A stretch of 64,000 bases of DNA from Moniliella sp. 'wahieum' (taxonomy: Eukaryota): assembly GCA_003971905.1 (NCBI GenBank), contig RSEE01000022.1:1-64000 (forward strand). The letters are read 5' to 3'. A model generated the notes under the pieces. The model was not told where the DNA came from. It ran no database searches and was given only the letters and a program-made list of their open reading frames with translations. Position numbers and translations under genes: made by a program. Positions 24,701-36,466 of this stretch are shown here, in pieces (the first letter of the stretch is position 1; every line of letters begins with the position of its first letter).

Positions 24701-24900
24701 GGACCGGGGGTAGCGGGGGGTGTCACAATGCGGGCATGCGCTCCGCTCCGGCTCGCCGAGGGGAGAAGAAGAACATACATGAACAGCGACAGTCTTGCTG
24801 TAGGGCATGTTGTCTTAAGCGCCCATGGGCACCACGATGGCGCCCGTCTCTGCGAGCGGGTGCAGCGCCGGGTCCTGGCTGGGCTTCTGTGGTGGGAGTA
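21791..24900 (-). CDS. SPT16: FACT complex subunit Spt16 (heavily frameshifted; start approximate)
   Basis: [93 protein letters not shown], and an acidic tail [14 protein letters not shown]. Confidence 0.95.
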
Positions 24901-25523
24901 AGGGCGCGAGGGTCAGCACGGTCAGCAACCAGGAGTGGCACGGGCGGGAGGAGCGAGACAGCCGTCCCCGGCTCCGAAGCCGTGGCGCAGCCCTAGCAGC
25001 GCCCAGGCCCCAGACCGCGGCCCACGCGAGAGCGCGACGCGGAGGCTACGTATAGTGGGGCAAAGGAGGTCGGTGACAGTGGAGTGTCACGTGATCGGTG
25101 TGATGGGGAGTGCGTGCTGCATTGAATATTGATTCCTCCCCACTACACAGCCACAGCGCAGACGCCTCTTCTGGAGTGGCTGGTGGCGTGGCGGCGGAGG
25201 CCAGTGGCGGCGGCACGTGACTGGCGCACGTGGACCACCAGGGTCCACGGCTGAGGCGCAGCCCGCAGTGGCTAGTGGCGCCGCCACCGCCGCTTCGCCG
25301 TTTCATCGAGCCACACCAGCCTATACTCCTCCTACATCCTCGTCCGTCTGTGTGTCTCGCCCATCTCGTAGCAGGGGGATCGGTTCAATGCCAACAAACA
25401 GAAAGAAGGAGGAGCCAGCTGAACAGACAGGCAGAGCGTGCAGTGTACCATGATGCGGCCTGGACCGGCGCCGACCAGGCCCAGCCCAAAACGACAAAAT
25501 AGAGGAAAGCGGGGATGCAAAAG

Positions 25524-25570
25524 GAGCGAGAGCGAGAGCGAGAGCGAGAGCGAGAGCGAGAGCGAGAGCG
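25524..25570. repeat. (GAGAGC)n microsatellite
   Basis: About 7 copies read directly. Confidence 0.9.
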
Positions 25571-25579
25571 TACAAACGA

Positions 25580-27228
25580 TTATTGTCTGGCAAGCAAGGT
25601 CGGTTGGTCAGTACTCGCGCGCGTTCTTCCTCCCTCGTAGGGACAGCACGGCAGGGGACGTACGTGGTCTGGAGGGTAAAGGGGCAAGCCACATCCGTCA
25701 AGGTCGTGCCCGACCCTTTCTTGCCAATCATGCCCATCACCTTGAATTCCAAACTGAACACAAGCTTGAGAACTGGCGTGGCAAAGCGGCACAGGCAAAC
25801 AGGCAAACAGACAAACAGGCAAACAGGCAAACAGGCAAACAGGCAAACAGGTAAACAGGTAAACATGCAAACAGGCAACAGACAAACAGGCAAACAGGCA
25901 GATGGGTTAGTAAGGATGACTGCGCACACCAGCTAGAGCTCCACCGCGCGAAGCGAGGCGCACGTACCCGGTCTCGACGCGCCCGGCCACTTAGGCCCAC
26001 ACCCATTGTAAAAGTCGAGGAAGGTCTGGTCGCCGGTCAAGTTGATGGACTTGTAGACAAAGTCGATGGGGAATTGGAATTCTTTTTCTGGCCGGCGACG
26101 TGGAGGGCAGGGATGTGGCCCTCGCCGACGAGCGCATTGGTGCTCTGGTCGCGCACTTTGAGGTCCATGTTGGTGATCTTGATGGGGACGTAGGAACCCT
26201 TGTTGTTGGCACGCATGTTGGCCATCATGGTCATGCTAAAGTTGAGCGGATTGTGGCCAATGGTCATCGAGTTGCCATCCGGGTAAGCATCGAGCGGACG
26301 AACGGTTAAAAAGTCAAATGTCGGCACACGCGGAATGACAAAGTACAGCGTCAAGCCCAGTGCAATGCACACGAAAACGCCAAAAAGGTCGCCGCACGAC
26401 AATCCATGCCGAGCACCTTGGTGTCGCCTCGGCCCCAAGCGGCAAAGGATGCCTTTTTGGCCTTGCGCTTTTGGCGACGACGATAGGGTGCCGTCATACG
26501 CTTGCGCTCCTCGTCGGTGTACTCGGCGCCGAGGGCGGGCACAGTGATCATCTCAATCCCATGGTCAGCCAGCTCGAGTTGCATTTCCGGATTGGGTTGG
26601 TTGATCGCGTTCCTCTCCTTGGCAAGCGAGGCGGGCGGCGCGTTGTTGGTCGGTCCAGGTGCGTGGATCGCTGTTTTGGGCATCGAAACCAAATGCGTTG
26701 GACAGCAGTGCCCGCTTGGGACGCACGCCCGCCGCCAGAGGAACCAACTCGTCGTCGTCCCATGAATCGGTCGAGAAGCGCATGCACGCGCCTCGACGTC
26801 GTCACTTGGGTCGGTGAGGCCAGCGGCGACGGGACCCTTGGCAAGTGGGCGGATGTTGTTAAAGTCGTCGTACACGTTCCAATCCTCGTCTTCGCTTTCC
26901 TCCTCGACCTTGTCGGCGCCCCACAGCCCGCTGCCGCGCTGGAAGGTCGACGTGGACCCCGCCGCACTGGGCATGCCATCTGCGTACGAGCCGTAGGGAT
27001 GGGCGAGGCAGGGGGGTGCCTCCTGCAGGGGAGGTCGTCGGTGTAGGGCTCGAGCGCGGACACGGGACGCGAGGCAGAGGCGTGCATGGCCGCAGGCGAG
27101 CTGGACAGGCGGGCGGAGGGGGTGGGCTGAGGCGAGGCGATGGTGTGGTGGAGTGGATCCCACTCGGGCGGCGGCGCTCCGACGGATGCTGAATGTTGAA
27201 TGTTCAAGTGCAAATCTTCAATATTCAA
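25580..27228 (-). CDS. Single-pass membrane protein with LEA_2-like C-terminal domain
   Basis: Disordered N-terminus, TM LFGVFVCIALGLTLYFVIPRVPTF, then NMRANNKGSYVPIKITNM, CGPKWPG and VACPFTL. Introns 25773-25967 and ~25587-25665. Confidence 0.65.
25791..25900. repeat. 8-bp tandem repeat (ACAGGCAA)n inside an intron
   Basis: About 13 imperfect copies read directly. Confidence 0.9.
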
Positions 27229-27384
27229 TGTTCAGTGTTTAACGTTTAAGGTTTAAGTTCAATGGCGACTAGCGTCGACTTTTGCTGGTGTAAAGAACCA
27301 CCCACGGGGAGCTCGCTTCTATGTGGTCTACAGTCGGGCAGCCACCAACCAATGCAGCGCGGATCATACATCACCCACACAGCA

Positions 27385-30300
27385 TCACGCATGCGGCGGC
27401 GCAAAGGGAGCACGGGCAGGCACCTTACGCCCGCGGTGCTCATTCCAGTCGGCTGGCGCACAGAAGTTGCAGTACCACGGATCCACGTCCTGGGCGTTGC
27501 GCAGCCCACACACCGCATGTGGAACCACTCGCGCGGACACGGCCCGTTGTCGCACCGCACCATCTGCCATCTCATGGTCAGTACCATACCATACCATCCA
27601 TACCCATCCCACGCCCAGTCGTCCCACACGCAGGGGGGAGACGCCACGTACCGTGCCGTAACTTGAACGCCCGCATAGCAGTACGACTGCTTCTCTTCGC
27701 TTCCTTCTCTGTCAGCAACGCGATCACCATCACCATCACCATCCCCATCATTATCACCATCACCATCGTGCGCTTGATCTTGCTCCGCCTCTTGCCCTCC
27801 GTGCTGTTTCGTCTCATTCTCAGCCGCTCCTTCTTCACGTCCTGCACCTGTCCCTCACCCGCCACGGCAGAGGACGGTTGGCTCTTGGCGGCGCGATGAC
27901 GGTAATCCGTCGTTTCTTACTGGGAGGTGCTGGTGCGGGGGCATCGGTGGCACGGAGCGAGCGCGCTCGCTTCGTCCGTCCCCGAATAGGTTTTGCTTGG
28001 AACCGAAGGCTTGGGCCCGGTGGATCCTTCGCGTGAGTGCGCGTGCCAACCGTACGCGCCGGTGGATTCGGGGTGAGTGCGCGTGCCAACCGTACGCGCC
28101 GGCAGATCTTCGGGGGCACTCGTAGCAGCCGCAGGCGCTGGGGCGCTTGAGGCACTGGGACTCAGGGGTGCTGGCTCCAGGTCAGGAGCAGTGCGAGAGC
28201 GGCGAGTAGAGCGGCGGGGCGGTGCCTCGGTTGTCGTGGGCGAGGGCAGAGAAGCAGTCGCCTGAGGCTTAGGCGCGAGGCACGACGAGACCGTGTCTTG
28301 GGCCGTGACTCGGTCGAAGGCGCAGGTTCGGCGGCGGGAGCAGGAGCCATATCGGACTCGGAAGTAGGAGCTGGAGCGCGTTCCAGTTCTACAGCGGGGT
28401 AGGCGCAGGAACCGGCACGGGGTCAGACTCTGCTCAGGATGAGGATCCAACTCCTGCAGAGACAAGAAGGACGGTGCGGCAACGAGCTAGCTGTGGATCA
28501 GAACCAGGATCAGAACGGGGGAAGGAAGGCAGAACGGCTGATCATCCGTGGCAGGGACAGGGCCCTGAGGACCTGGTAAGAGGGCGAATTGTCCAGGGAA
28601 AATGGTGCCAGGGTGGAGCAGCGGGAGAGAAACAGAGGACGCCAAAGAGGTCGCAGGAGGTGGTACGTGGGCACCCACCCCATCGTTGCTCTGGTTGTTG
28701 AGCATCACACCAGGCGCTGAGGCCGGGGCAGTGCTAACTCCTCAACCAGTGGCAGCGGGAAGTCTAGCCTAGGGCGGCGAGGTACCCTCTGAGAGGCGGT
28801 TGGCGGCAGCCTTCTTGGGTGGGCTCGGGGTAGGGGTTGCGTTGCCGGCGGAGAGGTCTCCAGAGGCAGAGGAGGTTTCGAGCCCACGGTTGAGGCAGCG
28901 GAGGGAGCCGCAATTTCGTCCTCTGCTGATGGCTGGGTCGACGGATTGCCCGAGATGGGCTCCGTCGTGGACCCCGTCGTGACCTCGGGCGTGGGCTCCA
29001 CGGTGGACACACCATCGTGGTAGATCCGGGCGCGCTTGCGGGAGTGGCTGGAGGAATAGCCTGCTCATCGGGGATGGAGACTTCGGCCGGCAGCGGTTGT
29101 GGATCGACGGCAGTGGGGAGAGGGATCCGTGAGCGGTGTCGGGTGTCTGGGTGGGAAGATCAGGTAAAGGTGGACGCTCCTTCTCAGGTTCGTCAGGAGG
29201 TCCCTTGGGCTCCATCACAGGCTCGTCAGGATACGTGTCCGGCTCCACCTCCATCTCTTCCGGCTGAACCGCCTCGTTAGCTTCTGCGCGAGGCACGTCT
29301 GGTTCCCCTCCCACCTCCGTGGGGTGTATGCTCTCGTCGACAACCGCACTTTCCCCCGGGGCAGGGCCGCCTCTCCTGCAGCCTCAGCCGAATGAATAGG
29401 GAGCATGCCCTCCACCTCGGCCAGCTCGGCTCCTTCCCCATCCGGTTCGTGAAGTACGGTTCTCTCCTTCAGCGTCATCGCCCCAGGCGCTGGCGCTGGC
29501 CCAGATGCGTCGCCTGGTACCACGTGTGGCTCGACACTCGTTCCCTGCGCCATCTCCCCAGTCTGGCTGTTGCGAGGAGCCTTGTCGTTCTCGACAGGCT
29601 CGTCAGTCTCTGCAGTCTCGACGTAAACGTGCTCCCCACCCTCGATGTGTTCCCCGCCCTCAACGTGCTCCGCACCCTCGACGTGCTCCGCACCCTTACC
29701 GTGCTCCGCATCCTCACCGTTCTCTCCGCCTTGGCCATGCGCACCACTATGCTCCCCCTCATTTTCAGCGGGCGGCATGGCGGGCGGGTGCGGGTCGAGC
29801 TGTGGGCCAAGAGGCGCAGGGAGGGTGGGGACGCCAGCGGCACGTTCGCACGCAGAGACCATTGCGCGGTTCTCCGCACCCAGAATCTGGTGGGCTCGAC
29901 GAAGGTGGCAAGCGAGGCCGTTGTGAGTACGGCCGCGGTAGGTGCACTGCGGACACGCCCAGACGCCCTCCTCGACGATACGACGTTTCTTTCTGGGTTG
30001 CTTGGCTTGCCTCGGTTCGACGTCGGGGTCGGCGTCGGGGTCGTAGTCGGCGTCGGCGTCGGGAGCGGCGGTGGGCCGAGACGAGGTGGTAGGTGCCAAT
30101 CGAGGCGTGGTGGCTGCGTGAGAAGGCGAGGGGAGAGTGGGAGAGGGAACGGGGACGGGAACGGGGAGGGGGACGGGGACGGGGACGAGAGCAGGCAAGC
30201 GGTGGATCTGGTCCATAGGCAAGGGTCCTTCATGGTCCGGCTTGGCCCTCCAATGGCCCGAGAGCTGCTTGAGATGGCGACAGGTGTAGACGCATCGAGG

Positions 30301-33050
30301 GCACTGGAACCGTTCGGTTTGGAGTGTAGGAGACGGGTCGGGAACCAGCACCGCCTCGGGCTCGCCGCGTCCGCGACTTCGTCCCACCCTTGCTGGCGAT
30401 CGGGCCGGCGTGGCCTGATGGTCGTACCGACTCATATGCCGCTTCCAATTCGACGTGGAAACGACCAGGGAGCAGATGGGGCACGTGCGCTCAGCCCCCG
30501 ACCGCGCTGGCTCCTTACTGGGAGAGGGAGCGGTGGGAGCCAGAGCCTGGCCCTCGGCCAGAGCATGGTAGTACGCCTCGGTCCCGTCCACGAGCGGATG
30601 GGCCGCCAGGGGCACCTCGGCGGCAGGAGAGGGAGGATGGAGCAATAGATAGATCTCCCTCGCGCGGGATGCTCCAATCTGAGTGGGAGCGTGGACGTCA
30701 GGATGAGAGAGCTGTGAGATGAGAGCAAGAATGTCGAGCACGAGCAACTCTGTCCTCTTTCTCTGAGGGGAAGGCAGGACCGACTTGAGGTCAACATGAA
30801 ACGCGTGCCCCATCGCAGCGAGATAGGCTTCCACGCTCTCTGTCAGCTCATCGCAGTCACCCTGTTCAAGCGGGGCGTCAAACACGGATGTGTCCCAGTT
30901 TCGCTCCTCAAAGGCCTGGGAAGCGACCAAGAGCTGGCAAGTGATCGCTTCACCAAACACATCAATCTCATAGTAGAGCTGCTGCGCGCGCTCCACCCTC
31001 TCGCGAGCAAGAATGGAGAGTGCCTGCGCACCACGCTCAAGCGGCTCGAGCGTGTCTCCCCGTTCGATCCAAGCTAGAAGAGCTGCGCGTTCATGTGCAA
31101 AGGCAGAGCGGAGCGTGGCGAGCACTTGGGCCTGCTCCAAGACCGACTGTGGGAGCGTATGTAGAACTGGTATGAGGGAGGGAGGGGATGTCAGTATTTT
31201 TTTGTTTTTTCCTCAGAGAGACAGGAACGTACAAGGTTGATATTCCTTTTGCCAGGGATAACTCTCGGTTAAGACAGGGGAAACGGATTCCACGGTCATG
31301 GGAAAGTCAGGAGGCACGATGCTAGACAATCGGGGAGGTGCAATGGGCACAATCTGTGCTTCTTCAGGGGGGCTCCACCCCAACTGAGGAAGATCAACTT
31401 TCACGCGAGCGACGAGTGACAGATCCGAAGGATGCGACTGGCGAACCGAATCAAGCACGGCGTCCAGCCGTTTGCGGGTCGAAGAGGCGAGAGAACGGGC
31501 ACGTTGGGCATCTTGCTTCTTTTGAATTTCGAGGGGAGGGCAAATGGTCTCAGCCTCCAACATCTCCTCCTGGGTAGGAGGAACAGCGAGTGGTGCCACA
31601 GTCTCCAACACCATTCGCAACACCGCTTGCACCGCCCGTGCGGCCATGACGTGGCGAGCAATATATCCAGGGGGGACGGGAAGATGTGGAATGGGGGAGC
31701 AGACATCCTCAACGGTCGGGGGGTCTCCTCAACGGCGGAGGGGGCACCCTCCTCATCAAAGGCCGGGACATCATCAACAGGGGAAGAGAAATGCGCCGCA
31801 GTGGGGGCTGCGTCCTCAACGAGGGGAGGGGACGCGTCCTCAACGGGGCGGGCAGGGGAGGCACCGCCAATAAGGCCTGGCAGATCATCAGCGGAGGCAT
31901 AGGCCTCTTTACCTGGGCTGCGGGTCCCCTCGCCAGCGGTAGGCGCATCCTCAGCAGCAAGGACAGCAGAGGGGTCTTCCACCGCGTCGGGGTCGTCGTC
32001 AGGGGACCGGAGTATCTGCAGCGGGGCCTGATGCATCCTCACCGGCGACCGTACGATCCTTGACTAGGCGTGAGGCATCATCCGTGGGTCCAGGAGCGGA
32101 TTGATCAGCAGCGGTAACCGGGGCCTCATGAAGATTATCATCCCCAGGGACCGGACACCCTGATGGGAGGCAAAGCTTTGCTGCTCAGGGGTGGAGATGT
32201 CCTCTGCCACGCGGTCCGAGACGTGCTGCATCGGAGCAAGAAGGACCTCGTCAGCGGGGCCGGGGGAGCACTGGACGGAGGCCGGGCCACCTTCCAATGG
32301 GGCATGGGAATGAGCATGGGCATGGACGTGGACATGTACATGAACATGGTCATGAGCATGAGCATGAGCATCGGCATCGGCGTCGGCATCGGCATCCTGG
32401 ATGGCCGGGGAAAAGTGCTCGGCGAATGCCAAGGGGGAGGGGCGATCGTCCATAGAGAGAGAAGACGAGCCTAGGTCGGACGACGAAGAGCCCGGGTCGG
32501 AAGGAGTAGGCGAGCGGAGGAGGGGCACAAGGGTGCGTCGGGTGCTCCTGGCTGCCTTGAACGGCGAGGGGGGGTCGGCCTCGGGTTCGGTCAGGTCCAG
32601 GTCCAGGTCCGGGTCCAGATCGAGGTCCAAGTCCAGGTCCAGGTCCAAGTCAGAATCCAGGTCCAGGTCGGCGTCACCATCAGCGTCAGCGTCAGCGTCA
32701 GCATCAGCGTCGGCTTCTTCGTCCAGGGCGTGGCGGCGGCGGCGGGCGGCGGGGGTAGGGGAGGAGGGGAGGTGTCCGGCGTGCCTGCGCTGCAACGCCT
32801 CGCGCCGGAGCTGCTCGTGGCCTTCTGGGAGGCGAGCAGCGCGGCTGCGCGCGGGGCGCGTGCGGACGGGAAGGGGGCGGGCGAGGGCCCAGGGGACGAG
32901 AGCGGCGACGCCGACGCACGCACCCACGCGCCCGCCGCCGCGCCCGCCGCCGCGCCGCCGCGCCCAGCGGCGACGACACACGCGACGATGCACGCGACGA
33001 TACACGCGACGACGCATGCGACGACGCCGGGGCAGAGGCGCGCACACGCG
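27385..33050 (-). CDS. Large low-complexity nuclear protein with three C2H2 zinc fingers and a C-terminal ING-type PHD finger (start uncertain)
   Basis: C2H2 motifs CPIC...HMSRYDH, CPRC...HWRAKPDH and CPQC...HLRRAH in ORF 29215-31140. PHD: YC.CGRSSYG|MVRCDNGPCPREWFHMRCVGL...WYCNFC at ~27450-27690. Colinear minus-strand ORFs fill the gaps. Confidence 0.65.
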
Positions 33051-33394
33051 CACTGCGCATGCTCGCTCGACGCTGTCCGAGGCGCCCCCCATGCTGCGTG
33101 CTGGTCAGGCGACGGCAGCGGAGCCCTTCGCAGTCGCCCCGACCCCATCCATCCATCCTGGCCCCAGCAGGCGCCCCCGCCGCACCCACATCACATGTGA
33201 CGTCCGCGCCTCACATGTCACATGTCACACCCCCATCCCCCGCTTATGTCATCTCGCCTCACGCCTGCCTGCCGCCCGGCCAGTGTGGTGGTGGGCCACA
33301 GCCTCGGCGCAGCCGTCGCTGGCCACGCCGCGGCGCCAATCGATGATAGTGGCGCCTGCTCCCCACCACCCGGCCGACCGCCCCGATCCGCAGC

Positions 33395-34298
33395 ATGAGT
33401 GGCATGGAGAGTACGTCCGCCCGCTCCGCATCCATCGCCGCGCTCGAGAGGGCTGCTCGCTTTCCTTGCTGATTCCTGACCCGTCTGCCGCAGAGTCGCT
33501 GTTCCAGCTCAAGGTGTGTGCTGCCCGCCGCGCCGGCCCTGCGCCCCCTACTAACGACACGTTCCAGTTCACCGCCAAGTCGCTCCAGCGGCAGGCGCGC
33601 AAGGCGACCAGGACGAGGGCAGTGAGAAGGCCAAGCTCAAGAAAGTGCGCCGTTTTTTTTTTCTACCCCCCCCCCCCCCCCTCCCCCCTTACTGAACGCT
33701 AACACGGGTTTTGCACTAGGCTCTTGCTCAAGGCAACACCGAGGGGGCCCGCATCTACGCGAGCAATGCGATTCGGAAAAAGAACGAGTCGCTCAACCTA
33801 CTCCGCTTGTCCTCCCGCATTGACGCAGTGGCCAGCCGGGTCGAAACAGCAGTCACAATGCGCCAGGTGACGGGCAATATGAGTGGTGTGGTCAAGAACA
33901 TGGACCGAGCTATGGAGAGCATGAACCTCGAGCGGGTACGCCCTTCCCCTCCGCCCTTCCCCCCCTGTATGATTGGTCCTAACAATCCACCTCCCAGATC
34001 TCGGCTGTGATGGACAAGTTTGAAGGTCAATTTGAAGATGTGGATGTGCAGACGACGATTATGGAGAACAGCATCAGCAACACGACTGCCACGGCTACCG
34101 CAGGACGAAGTCGACACGCTCATCAACCAAGTGGCCGACGAGAATGGGATTGAGCTCAACCAGCGTCTGGCAGAGACGGAGATTGCGTCCAACCCGCGCC
34201 TGAACCAGGAACTCAAAGTGCCCGCTGTCGCTACGCCCATTGCGGCTGATGAAGATCGATTGGCGGAACGGCTGCGGGCGCTTCGACCGGCTACGTAA
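33395..34298 (+). CDS. DID2: ESCRT-III subunit Did2/Vps46 (CHMP1)
   Basis: [22 protein letters not shown]...[32 protein letters not shown]...[11 protein letters not shown]. Four introns; first coding exons 16 and 20 nt. Confidence 0.95.
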
Positions 34299-34338
34299 CG
34301 TGCAAGCATGGTGTGCATCTGTTCATTTTGTTTTTTCC

Positions 34339-35103
34339 TTATACGAGCAAGGCGCTCAGTTGGGGTAGCTTGTTCTGTAGTGGGGTTAGAGAGGACATCA
34401 AGCTGGCGGGGGACCAACAACGTACGCCAGGAATAAAGTGCCGTTCCACCCCCGTTTCCGAGATGTCGGTCATGCGGATCGTGCCGCCCGATGAGCCATC
34501 GCGGGACATGGCGAGGGCAAGCGCTTCCGAGCAGTGTTAGCTGGAGTCCAATGCAGAAAAACGAAATACACATACCATTCTTGACAAACTCGAGCGTCTG
34601 CTCCTTGTTCATCCCCGGCTTCCAATTGGCATCGCAGTAACCGTAAATGTAGGACGAACCGGAGCCGCAATGGCCAATGGCCCAGGGCTGTTGGAACAGG
34701 CCCCCTCCGAGCGGAACATTGAACACAGACCCACCAAACTTGGGGTCCCAGCCAGCCACAATGATGCCAGCTGACAGCGCGTCCTTGTTCTGGTACACCA
34801 CTTCCTGGAACAGCGACGCGGCCGTCTTGACAGGCGGCTGGCCATGCTCGACCGAGTAAACGCTGAGATAATAGGTGATCATGTCCGCCACGGCCTGGTG
34901 TCGGCAGCCGAGCCACTGCGGCAACAGTAGATGCGGTCGGAGATGTGGGTGAGCTTGTCGGTCACGCGGTTGGCAATGTAAGAGCCCATGGTGGTACGAC
35001 TATCAGCACCAAGGACGACGCCTCCGTCGTAGGCGACAGCCATGATGGACGTGCCGAGATTGACCTCGCCCTCCTTGAGATGCTGGACGTCAATGTCGTT
35101 CAT
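34339..35103 (-). CDS. PRE3: 20S proteasome subunit beta1
   Basis: Propeptide ending EVNLG, then catalytic [33 protein letters not shown]. Two 3' introns. Confidence 0.95.
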
Positions 35104-35739
35104 CGTCAACGGCGGGTGGTGGGGGGGGGCGGGGAGGGGTGAGGGGTGACAAGGGGGGTAGAGGCGGCGGTCGGTGGCGCTGCTGCTGCTGCTGCCGCTG
35201 CTGGTGGTGCGCCAGCTGCTGTTGCGGCCGGGGGTCGCGTATCGTACGCGGCCTGCGATGAAGTAATTCCGCAGCAGACGTGGCTGATCGGTGAGTGCCA
35301 TGGGTGAATCCGTTCCGCCCGAGCGGCGTAAGGCATGTGCATCACGTGAGCGCAGGAGCCAGCGGCCGGACTGGTCCTCGGCTGCATGGCCGAGGGGGCA
35401 CCTGGGGGAACTAGCAGCAAGATCGATTGCGGATGAAGGGGAGCATACCGGGTGTGCTGCTCGTGCGGGCGCCGATGAAGACAGCGAGGTGGAGAGAAGG
35501 AGAGAGGGTGGCATCCGTTGGGCTAGATTTGATGCTACGATGCCCACAACGCGCTGAGCTGGGCAGCAAGACAAATGCAGACCAGACTTGTGCCAGCCGC
35601 ATATCTGTCTCTACCTCTGCCCATCAAACTTCAAGCTGCGAGCTTCCAACCTCATCGAACATTGATTGTTCCCATCCCCTCGCCCGCTCGTACCATTCCC
35701 TACATTCACAATGAGCTTTCATAGAGGAGCGCATACCAT

Positions 35740-36466
35740 TCAAATCTGGGCAAAGCGTGCCCTGGCCACCTTCTCCACGGCCTCCCGGACAGAACCTGGG
35801 TGGGTAGAGTAGACGGTGCGCGTCCCAGTGGGGGTCCAGGCCGAAGGCGCAGCAGTCGAGTAGAAGCGGCGATCGATCCGGTTGAGCTTCTTGGCGGTAC
35901 GTGCGTTGGAGTGGGTACGCTGTCCATTGACGGGGAACCCGAGCGCATGACGCCGACCACGCGTGGTGCCAATATGTTGTGGTGCATAATGTTGGCGCGG
36001 TACTCACGCTTGAGCTCAGCTTCGATCTTCAGTTGTCGCCCGGGGTCGAGTTGGGACGAAGGACGCTGTGCATTCGGAAGCAAAAGCTGCTCCTCCTCCG
36101 TCAAGCCCTTGCGCCCCGTCGATTCGGCGGCAAAGGAGCCAGCGGCGACAGCCACAGGCAACGCCGCCTGTCCGTACACGGGAGTCATGGCAGTCGGCAT
36201 AGGTGGAATCGCAGGCACAGATTGCGGCGACGACAGGTAAGCACTGAGCTCAGTCACTTGTGCCTCAGTCATCTCAGCGACCTTGGTCTCCATGTGGATG
36301 CCAAGACGGGCGCAGAGTGGTAAGATGTAGAGTACCCAATACCAAAGAAGTTGCGCAGCGCGAGCTATGGAGGACAAGAGTCAGTCGAGCGCCAGGCCGA
36401 GAGAGAGAGACGCAGACGTACGCGCACAAGCTTGTGGTCGGGCAGATGGGTGCCGAGGACGAACAT
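35740..36466 (-). CDS. SWS2: Mitochondrial ribosomal protein uS13m
   Basis: [67 protein letters not shown]. One intron and indels. Confidence 0.9.

Noticed and set aside
21791..24900. Pseudogenisation or programmed frameshifting in SPT16 and other genes
   Set aside because: Indels affect nearly every gene, including H2A, H2B and proteasome beta1, while motifs stay intact. Sequencing or consensus error is far more parsimonious.
29392..33702. Long plus-strand ORFs 29392-30648 and 32401-33702 as genes
   Set aside because: Antisense shadows of GC-rich, repeat-rich coding sequence on the minus strand, with no domain signal.
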